Program-made: the position numbers and the translations under genes | Notes under the pieces: generated by a model | The model's input: the letters and a program-made list of their open reading frames with translations, nothing else | What the model was told of the DNA's origin: nothing | Databases searched by the model: none | Part shown: one piece after another, positions 39,926-49,808 of the stretch | How positions within the stretch are numbered: the first letter of the stretch is position 1 | How the letters are laid out: each line of letters begins with the position of its first letter | From: Thalia democratica | Lineage: Eukaryota | DNA: 64,000 nt | Reading direction: 5' to 3' | Assembly: GCA_965202585.1 (NCBI GenBank) | Contig: OZ241834.1 | Span: forward strand, 8,184,001-8,248,000

Positions 39926-41606
39926 GAAAATTTACAAGTAATTGAAAAATTCCCTTTTACGAAAGTTCTAAAAACTAACTTACTAAAACAAAAGTACTAC
40001 AATTACAACACATCGTTTATAAAAAATATTTAAAATATATTACTTTTACAATACTATATTGTAACTAGTTGTAACGTTTTATAACTAAAAATCTTTACTT
40101 AACAAATAAATACTTTTTAAACCCCTTAAGGTCCTTTTGTCTGATCCTAAGATGTTTCAACTTATACCAATGTTTAAGAGATAAAAAAAATTCAACTTGA
40201 TAACTAACTATAGCTGTTTTTTGTTTAATAAATGCTTATTTTACTTTATAACAAAAACAAGATTTTGTTATTCTATAAGTTCGTTTTTTTTAGTCAATCA
40301 AAAGAAAGTGTTTACATTTTCTTTGTTTTAAAACACTTTTTGATTCATGATGACTAACTATTCTTGTATTAATGTACTACCTTACTAGCTAGAAGGTATT
40401 AGAGTTTGTTGTTACCAACTTATTAACTTAAAAAAAAATCGAACAACAAAATAACACAGACCTCAGAAAGTTTACTTTCTTCTAATGATTTACTTATTAA
40501 TATTTGAAACAAAATAGTATCATAATAGTTTTCAAAACTAGTACTCAAAATTTAAAGCATGCACTAATATGTAAATTAAAATTTTCTGATAATATTATAA
40601 AGAGGCAAAGTAGAACATAAGTATTGAACAATTACAAATGAAAAATAAGCTTATGTTTTCAATTAAAAAGATTAGAAAAAAAAATTAAACGACTAATACA
40701 ACACTACCTATAGCTAACTTGAGTTTAACATAATTTTTTTACACTTTATGAATTGAAATTTGTCCTGTCTTATTATGAAATTTTATTCTAAGCTAGCCTT
40801 TAAAGAATGAATCAAAGAAAAAATTAATGACCTACACTTGTTCATATATACGTCGTAATTAAAATTGTAATTAATATATTTTGAACTTTTTTAGATATGT
40901 TATGGTTTAAGAGATTGGCTATCTTTTATATAATTAAAGATACTATCATAATAACGTAAAGCACTTTTTATCTTTGTTTTAATTACATGGAATATTTGAA
41001 CTAAAAAGCGTTTTAGTCAGTAAATAAACATATGTTTTATAAGACTTTAAAACTTAAAGTTAGTGCGTTACTCATCAAGATAACAACTATAAATTATTTT
41101 TGCTTTGTAACTTTAGAAATATAAAGTTATTAAATTTAAAATAAACAATTACTTTTAATGTGGTTCGAAATCTAAATGCTTTAATGCAGTTGAAATTTGT
41201 CATAGCTTAATTTTAACTAACTTAACAGTTATTAGAAATTGTACATTTTAACTATAAAACTTTAAGATTTTATTTGTTATATGAAGAATGCACGTATCCG
41301 TTATTTAAAGGCTTAAACAATTTAAGACTATCTTTATAATATCTTTACAAAAAACCGTAATAACACTTTAATGACTTAAAAAAATAAGTTTATAATAACT
41401 CTAAACATGATTAATGTTTATGTGAGCTTAGTTTACTTTTTACGATTCGTTAAATTGATGTTATTTCTTTTACTAAATGACTCAGAAAAACCTTGAAAAG
41501 CGTTAAACTAAATTCAAGGTTAATATTAGTATTTTTAACTGTTCAAAATATAGTTTCAATTGTTTGCTAACAAAAGATCCTAGTAAAGTAACTTCACTGG
41601 AATATA

Positions 41607-42781
41607 AATAAAAACAAATTATACAGTAATCTTCCTTTATTCTACCAACATATGTTTCTGTGTGTCAACGAATCAACACACTTCAACTGGGTTCTGTAAA
41701 AAAAATAATTACTGTAATAAGAGAACAGAAGCATAGAATAAAGTAGGTGTATACATGTTTTCATTAAAGTAAGATATTTTCTACAGATGATAGTTATTAA
41801 TAAGTGAAATACTTAATATTAAATCCGACTGTTATAAAACTATATGATATAACACAATTTACTTATTAAATATATAAAATATCTGTATGGGATATTTAAA
41901 TTAAACAGCCGACTCCTACTTTACCAATTAATTATTTTATTAATTATAAAATACAATATATATTTAATTCAGGTCATTATGATTTTATGTATGTCGCTGT
42001 AAATTAATTATCGGTCAGTACATTGTAAGCCTAGTAATAATTATGTTTTTTGTGTTTGGTTTTTTCCTTAAAGTTTAATTTTTTTCCTTAAAGTTTAGTT
42101 TTTTCATTTTTTCACTTTTTGATTTTTACATTTGAACTAAATTTGCTTCCTAATTCTTTATAACTTTGATTCAATCATTACTAACATTCAATATATAATA
42201 TACATGTTACACTGAGTTTCTGTGACTTTTATTGCCTTCAGCGTCGTTAAGTTTTATTAAATTTTATTGATTTACTAACTAATGGTTAATGTTTTATTTT
42301 TGTTCAAAATAGAGTACATAAAAACAAAATTAATGTTCTTCACAATACAAATTAAATAGTTTAAATAACCTCATTTATATTGTGACGTAATTATTAGTTG
42401 TAATGAATGTATTTGTTTCATTAGTTAACAACGATAGATTTTGATTTAGTTATCTTTCCTATTAACGTGAGTTGTTTGTTTATATTATGTTTGTTGTGTA
42501 ATTTAGCTAACTTATTTATTTTAGACTTAAAAATTACAAATATCATATAGTTTTATAACAGTCGGATTTAATATTAAGTATTTCACCTATTAATAACTAT
42601 TATCTGTAGAAAATATATTATTTTAATGAAAACATGTATACACCTACTTTATTCTATGCTTCTGTTCTCTTGTTACAGTAATTATTTTTTTACAGAACCC
42701 AGTTGAAGTGTGTTGATTCGTTGACACACAGAAACATATGTTGGTAGAATAAAGGAGATTACTGTATAATTCGTTTTTATT
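41607..42781. mobile_element. Non-autonomous foldback/long-TIR element (about 245-bp inverted arms, about 690-bp AT-rich spacer)
   Basis: 41607-41850 is the near-exact reverse complement of 42540-42781 (e.g. tgtgtcaacgaatcaacacacttcaactgggttctgtaaaa / tacagaacccagttgaagtgtgttgattcgttgacaca). No ORF. Confidence 0.8.
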
Positions 42782-44646
42782 AGTATTTTTAACAATATAA
42801 AAGTATATTATTCTAACGGTTTGAATAATTTTCTTAATAATTTAAGATTAGTATTTCAGTTTGACTTCAAACAAGTAAAACTTCTAATATCATAGCTTTG
42901 TTTTAAAATGCCCGTTGAAACGTGTTTTATAAAACTTTCTTTATTGTAGTAGATATAGTTTAATTGTAATTTGTTTTATTTTTCTTCGAATTCTGCTACT
43001 AAGTATTAATAAAGTAATAATGTTACACTTTTTGCTAATAAAACGTATAACAGTTTAAATAGGTTTACAAACTAACTTATATTAGCTATTTCAAACTGTT
43101 ATGATAATAGCCATACTTCTAATAGTTCAAAACTTCCACATTTTAATATAAATCCGATTTTACGGACATGTACAAAGTAGTGTACATAAAAGTAATTGCT
43201 GTATGAGAAAAAGTTTTTGAGTAATTAAAATATTCACGTTAAATATTTTTTTTAAATATATATGTGATAATAAAAATAGTACTCAAACTTTTAGTATCTA
43301 TCAAATGACAGTTTTTTACTATTTTAGAAAGATTAATTATACGAAAAGCCCGATTGTTAGAAATTACATAAGTTTGAAGAACAATAGATATAAATAAGTT
43401 CTTAAACTAATAAAACAAGCTTTTTATTTCTTATGTTTTGAAAAATAGACTTGTTTTACATGTTGCTACTTACATTAAACTTATTTCAAATGCATACTTT
43501 AAGCTTGCGGGCCAAAAGTGACCTGTGATGCACTTTTCAGCTAAAACAACTTTTTTTAAAACAAATAACAAAAATGTTTGTGGTAAAAACTTACTATAAG
43601 GTTCTTATTTTCTTAATTACTATATCACTTATTTTACCATATTTTTTGTTTAAAGTAGTATTTATATGTTGACTACTACAGTTGTTTGAAATAACTGTGG
43701 CCATCAGAAGACTATTTTCTTTAAAAAATTTTGAACTAGGACTTATGAATGTTGCCGGCCTCTAATATAATTGTTGATATATTAGAGTAGTTTAACTTTC
43801 ATTTTAATAGTTAAACTAACTTACTTGTTAGTTTTTAAAAGTAGCTTAATAACTTTAAATTGTATATGTTTATTAAAATGTTTAAATATTGGTGTGCTTT
43901 TAGATTTTTGCAAAAATAATACCTCTTTATAGTTTAATTAGTAAGAAGTAACATTTTTTAAGTTTATAATACTTAACATGAAAAATTAAACATGTTATTA
44001 TTTTCATTGTATAACCGAGCTTATTTTGTTTGGAAGTTTTAATCAACTTTTAAAAATAAAGTTTCAAAAGTTAAAGTGTTTACTTAAATCAGATAAAGAA
44101 AACGTATCGGTTTTAACATACGGAAGTTGTTCAAATAGTCGATAAAATTGTTAATAATCAACTTGTTTATTTGCTTTGCTTTGAATAGCTGCATTACGAT
44201 TAACAAATGGATGAGTACTGCATCAGTAGTTTGTAATATATTTTTCGTTTTTTTAACTAAACAAATTAAAGTTAATTTTTTTATTAGATAGTATTCTAAG
44301 ATGAATTACTAAATAAGTGTATTTTTGTAATTAATTAGTTTCTTTAGTTTTCAGTGCTAGTCATTTTTATGCAAATTTAATCAATTTGCTGTATACATTT
44401 GTAAAAAAGCTTTTTTTTTTGATAATATTAATTAAAAAAAAAATATAAAAACTGCAGGAAAAAAAGTTAAACTATTATTTTTAAAAGTGTTAGTTAAACT
44501 CTTATTTATACTAAAGTTTTATCTCTTATCAACTATTAAACACTTTAAGAACCAAAAAAAAAAATATGTGAACTTTTAATTTATATAACTTTTATTCTAG
44601 CCACTCATAAACATTGTTTTTACCATAGAAATTACTGTTATCAAAA

Positions 44647-45612
44647 ATGCAGTCAGCTCCCATACCATCAGTTGCAGTCTCAATTGAAAAAGTAACAAAC
44701 AAAACAACTGGCGTCCAAGTGAAAGCTACCGACTTCCGGCTCACAAAGCAGCAGGGAAAACTTTTTGGCGGGAAAACTTCAGTTAGCTACCAACTGATTG
44801 TTTGCACCAATAAGGCGGCCAGTTTGGGCTGCAGGAGTGCGGAAAAAGCGCGGGAAGTTCAAGACGGAAGCGACGTGACGTTCAGTATAAAAAAATCTTA
44901 TGACGAAATACTGACGCTTCGAAATTTGCTGGACAAAAAGTTTTCCGGCACCTACTTCCCGCCCTTTCCCAAGAGTTTAGTTCAAAGCAATTCGACTTTG
45001 ATCGAGCAGCGGAACCAGGCCAGAAGTGGGGTGGAGAACATCAACTCGCTCTTCAAAATTTGCTGCGATCTGAAAAAGATCGTTTTCCAGGAATTTTTTT
45101 TGCGCTTTTTCGGGTTTAAGCTGGCAGCTGCAACGGAAGAGATGTCATCTGGAAAAAAATCGGCAGCTGATAAAAAGGAACAGGCTCAAAAGAAGCGCGA
45201 CATCTTTGACGAAGACTCATCGGATGACAGCTCCGACTTGTTTGAAGAAGAAAAAGCAGACGACGACCACGAGCTTTTCTCACAACGAGACAAAACAAAC
45301 AGTAGTGCCAGCTCCTTTAAAATGTTTGAATTTGATAAACACAAAGAAGAAAAGAAGGTTGAAAAGGTGAAAGTAAAGCAAACACACGTAGAAGATGTGG
45401 ACGAAGACCTTTCTGGCTTGCTCAGCCAATTAAAAACTGTCAAAGAATTCGATGCAAAAAGGAACGAGAAGAAAAGTTTAACAGAAAGAAAACCTGTATC
45501 AACTGCATCAGCTGAAGTGAAAGACGTAAGTGAAGGTATTGATGAGGAGAATTTGCTGGAATATCTGAACAACAACGCAGTTACAGAAGAATTAAGTTTG
45601 GACTTTGATTAG
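44647..45612 (+). CDS. HS1BP3: HCLS1-binding protein 3-like PX-domain protein, intronless CDS
   Basis: N-terminus MQSAP...TNKTTGVQV...GKLFGGKTSVSYQLIV...FSIKKSYDEI...PPFPK parallels the HS1BP3 PX domain as I recall it. Followed by an acidic DDSSDLF linker and C-terminal LLEYLNNN...LSLDFD, similar to HS1BP3 ILQYIQDH...PSLF. Confidence 0.8.
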   Translation: MQSAPIPSVAVSIEKVTNKTTGVQVKATDFRLTKQQGKLFGGKTSVSYQLIVCTNKAASLGCRSAEKAREVQDGSDVTFSIKKSYDEILTLRNLLDKKFSGTYFPPFPKSLVQSNSTLIEQRNQARSGVENINSLFKICCDLKKIVFQEFFLRFFGFKLAAATEEMSSGKKSAADKKEQAQKKRDIFDEDSSDDSSDLFEEEKADDDHELFSQRDKTNSSASSFKMFEFDKHKEEKKVEKVKVKQTHVEDVDEDLSGLLSQLKTVKEFDAKRNEKKSLTERKPVSTASAEVKDVSEGIDEENLLEYLNNNAVTEELSLDFD

Positions 45613-47689
45613 TGTTTAAATATTTTTTTTTGTAAAGTTTACAAATTCTATTTATTTTTTGTTGATTTTTTTTGTGTTATAAAAGTAAGTATGCTGTATT
45701 TGTATTTAAGAAAAATTAAAATGAAAGGAAAAACTTAGTAACACTTTAACGAAGAAGTTATAAATTTTTTATCTAAATGTTATGTTCTTTTTTCTGATAA
45801 ATCTACTATTTATTGTTATTAATAAACTTTGGTAAAAATGTTTTTTTTCTCGATGTATTTAAAAAATGATGTAAATTATAAGATCAAATTTAGTTACCTG
45901 AATTAAAAAGCAACATATTTCATATCGTTCAAACAACTTCTATACAAACTACTACGTGTTTACTTAACTATATGTACCACACTGGTTTAAAATACAGTTT
46001 TATTTTATCTTTTTAAACTTCACACACGTTTTAAGTTACTATTGTACTCCTACGCATTCGATTTATACTTGCTTTCGTCAAACTAATAAAAAAGTTTGAT
46101 TAAATTTACATTAAAATTTGTACAAGTATGCACTTAAAAGTTTAAAATGTTTCGGTTTACATTTTAAATTACATCAGTTAGCTTTGTTTATTACTTTAAA
46201 TTACTTTGTTTATTGTGATTCCTATTTAGAGCTGAACAGATGTATATAAATATATATCCTTTTAATAAAACTGTATGTGCTAATACAATTTACAAAAAAT
46301 ATATACACTAACTCATAAATCAATTGAAAATTTTAAAATACCACAATATTAAGTGATAAACAAAAGCTCCTGTACACACTGCACATATACAAACTTTTTA
46401 AAACACAAATATAAAAAGTCACTACTTTTATATATCTAAATAAGATTAGTGCTTGTTACTTATCACTATAACTTATTAGAAAACGTTTAATTGATTGAAA
46501 AGTCTTAAAAAAGAATTAGCTAATCTCGATTTTTTTTGAAAGATTGTGAATATATTAAATTATAGAATATTTTATGAGCAATTGTTTTAACATAATATCA
46601 ATTTTTAAGACAACATCAATTGAGATTAACGTTCATTTTCTTTTATGTTTATTAAACAAAAAGTGTTTAGGTGTTTTACACAACTTGTAGTGTATATTTA
46701 TCTTTTAAGACACGATTTGCTAAAAAATCGAGTTTCTAAATTATTAAAACTATATTGCAATTGAAATAAATTATTTTAGTTTTAAGAAAAATTAGTGCAT
46801 TACCTTTGATATGATCTAGAAAGTTTTTAAAGTTTGAACATAAAGCCTTACAATACAACAAATGTATATTTTAGTATTATGATTTAAAAATAATACCTTA
46901 TATCACTAGAACTTATATAACTTAAATATTTCATTATTAACAATCTATAAAAAGTTTCCAGTGTTTAGAATAAACAAGATAAGATTGTCCATGTGTAATT
47001 AATAAATTTTCTGAGGCTTGTGTTAATTAAATATAAGTGTTAAATAGCGAGCAATTAAGCTACTTAGTAAGAGCAAAAACAAATTAAGATCTTCTGCTTA
47101 ATATAATAATATACTAGTAAGAGAATAGCTAACTGCTAATATAATTCATAACAATTTATAAAAAAACATAGAAGAACTTTAATAATTTCTAATTTATATT
47201 TTTTAAAACACTAACAAATTGAATTTCAATGAGTTTGTTTGAATTGAAAATTATTTATTTAACCTCTGTTGTACAAATTGTAGTTTTATTTAGTTATTTA
47301 AGTTAACAGTTTTGTTTTCGATATTTGGTTTAATTAGCTTACAATTAAATATAAAAACCTAAAAACTTATTATATGTTTGTTTTACAAAGTTTTATATTT
47401 AAAAATCGTTACAGTATTAGTTTAGTGCCACTGAAAGTAACAAACTTTATGAAACCTTTAAACAAATTTTCAAAGTTTGTCAGCAAAAAAAATTATAAGT
47501 TTTTAATTTTTTTTTAATTATTTCAAACTAAAACAATATCTTGTTCATCTTGTAAGAAATTTCTAGTAACAATACTCTCAAATGTAAATTTTAATGAAAA
47601 GGAAGCTAAAAAAGTATTAAGTTTGGATGTTAAAGATTACAAGTAAAAGTGTATAATTTTTTTAATTTTTGTTAAGTTTTAAAAACATG

Positions 47690-49190
47690 TTATTCTCAAA
47701 AACTTAGTTGATATATACATATAGAAATCACGGAAAATGAAAAAGAGTTAATTAGACATTGCTGCAAATCAGTACTGCTCCACGAAGGTGAACCATGGTT
47801 GAAAAAGCATAACAAAAACAGCTTTGATGTACCAATGGGAAGCTTTCATGGCGCAGAAATTTGCGAACTGGTTGGCCTATATATTTTAAATATATTGAAG
47901 AAGGAAAAGATTTTTAGAGAAGGTAACTTTGGCATATACCGTAAAGATGGTTTAGCAGTTGTGGACATTCTATCGGGACCAGATATGGAGAGAAAAGTCA
48001 AACATCTGAGAAAAGTTTTTAAAAACATTGGTTTTGATGTTACCATCGAAACCAGTCTGTTTGTAACAGACTTCCTAAATGTAACTTTAGATCTTCAAAA
48101 TGAAAGCCATAAGTCATATAGAAAACCAAATGCGCATACAGTTTATGTGAAAAGCAAGTCAAACCATCCAGAGCATGTGTTAAAACACATACCGGTCGCA
48201 GTGAATAACCGCCTCCAGAAGATTTTTAGCAGTCAAAGCATTTTCAAGGAAACAACCCAACAATACCAGGAAGCTATAAAAGAAAATGGGTGCGATCACG
48301 AATTAACCTATAGCCAAAAAAACGAGAAGGGTCAGAATAAGAAAAGAAGGAGAAAAAATAATTTATTTTTCAATGCTCCATTCTTCAAAAGCGTGGCAAC
48401 GCGGGCTGGGAAGTGCTTCCTAGAGATTGTGGACAAAAACTTTACTGAAGACCATTCATATTGTAAAGTTTTTAACAGGAAGACACTAAAAGTTTCTTAT
48501 TCCCGCATATCAAACATGAAACAACTTATAATGGCACACAATCGAAAGATGTTAGACACGCAGGACAAAGAGAGGCTAATATGTGACTGCAAAAAAACAA
48601 GAATGCCCGGTAAATGGAAGTTGCCTAATGGAAAACTTTTATATAAAGCGACAGTCATAACTGAAAACCAGACAAAGTTTTATGTTGGCTCTACTGGACT
48701 ATCGTTCAAGAATCGCTACACTAAACACAAGTACAGCTTCAAACACGAAAAACATAGAAATACGACAACTTTATTGCATTACATTTGGAAACAAAAAATA
48801 ACCAAGTTAATTTTAAAATTCACTGGGAAATACTTACAAGTACGGAAAACAAATATAGTTTAAAAAATTGATGTAAATTGTGGAATGCGGAGAATATCGA
48901 AATTTTAAAAGTTAAAAAATCTGAATCTCTAGACAAAAGAAACGAATTACAAACTGGCTGTATACATTATCGGAAACCATTTACCTAAAAACTCTGTTAA
49001 TAGTTTTGTCTAAAATCAACTAACTATTCTATTATAACGTAATAGCTAATTTTATATAATTTTATTGCTCTACTTACAAGTTTGCTTTTTATTGAATAAA
49101 ACTTAGCTGAAGACGCGTATTAAACGCAAAAACAGCTGTTCCAAAAGTTTATTTTGTGTATTTTAGTTTCAATATACATACATATATATA
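47690..49190 (+). mobile_element. 5'-truncated, decayed Penelope-like retroelement (RT C-terminus plus GIY-YIG endonuclease)
   Basis: ORF 47799-48863: FDVPMGSFHGAEICELVGLYIL (RT motif B), GIYRKDGL (YRDD with D>K, inactive), FLNVTLDL, YRKPN...SNHP thumb, and GIY-YIG region LLYKATV...FYVGST...FKNRYTKHKYSF. Frameshifts flank the ORF. Confidence 0.92.
49095..49153 (+). ncRNA. Degenerate minimal type I hammerhead ribozyme in the Penelope 3' terminal region
   Basis: CTGAAGA core at 49107, stem II gcgt-attaa-acgc, GAAA core read as AAAA, palindromic stem III AACAGCTGTT, and imperfect stem I (aaacttag / caaaagttt). Confidence 0.55.
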
Positions 49191-49271
49191 TTAACTAACA
49201 CGTACTTGCATAAAACTGAAGTTACATTGTTTAAAGAAAGATTAGGTAAATTTTTATTTTAAATTTAACAA

Positions 49272-49808
49272 TCAAAAATAAGCATGCATCATTGAAATTT
49301 CCTGAATTCTTATTTTCAGGTATTTTTGCAAAATAGCGACGTGGATCGTGTTCATGTCCCCTATCAGCTCTTCTGGCGTCCTAAACTGGTCCGCATCTTT
49401 GGCGAACGACAAAAACTCCCCGGTAAGGTTCAGGGGCTCGCTTCCGCTGGCCTTGTACCTGATAAAGTCCCGGTTGAGGTTGCCTAGCAACTGCTGACAC
49501 CCTTCCACGGTCGGCACCTGTCGCACCCTGGCCCTGTTGCGTTCGACGGATCTGTTTGCGAAGCTCCTCAGCGACTCGTACCTCTCGTACACTACTCTCT
49601 CCACTCCGTAGCAACGGGAGAGGGTCTTCTGGTTGCCATGGAGGGACATGCGGCGCATCATCTCCGAAACGTCATCTTCTTCTTGTGACGTAACAGCAAC
49701 CACGTCCTCGTCGGGATCGAAATGCCCGTAGAAGCACGTTTCAACGTTGCCACCTAGCGACCAAAAGTTTTCCATTCTGCCTTCCAGTAAGTCGATGCTT
49801 AAAACCAT
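49272..49808 (-). CDS. Uncharacterised 178-aa protein, copy B (inverted paralog of 36125-36661)
   Basis: 9 nt differences from copy A in 537 nt by manual comparison, with a single T>S change (KATGSE vs KASGSE). Acceptor ctaatAG 4 nt before the ATG is retained. Confidence 0.85.
   Translation of the reverse strand: MVLSIDLLEGRMENFWSLGGNVETCFYGHFDPDEDVVAVTSQEEDDVSEMMRRMSLHGNQKTLSRCYGVERVVYERYESLRSFANRSVERNRARVRQVPTVEGCQQLLGNLNRDFIRYKASGSEPLNLTGEFLSFAKDADQFRTPEELIGDMNTIHVAILQKYLKIRIQEISMMHAYF

Noticed and set aside
32010-43550. Weak inverted similarity between 32010-32055 and 43500-43547 as ends of one element
   Set aside because: Short, about 70% similar, partly driven by an AGCT palindrome and A/T runs; no TSD or internal coherence.
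45116-49614. ORFs 45116-45298, 45186-45575, 47846-48046 and 49381-49614
   Set aside because: Antisense shadows of HS1BP3, the Penelope ORF and orphan copy B.
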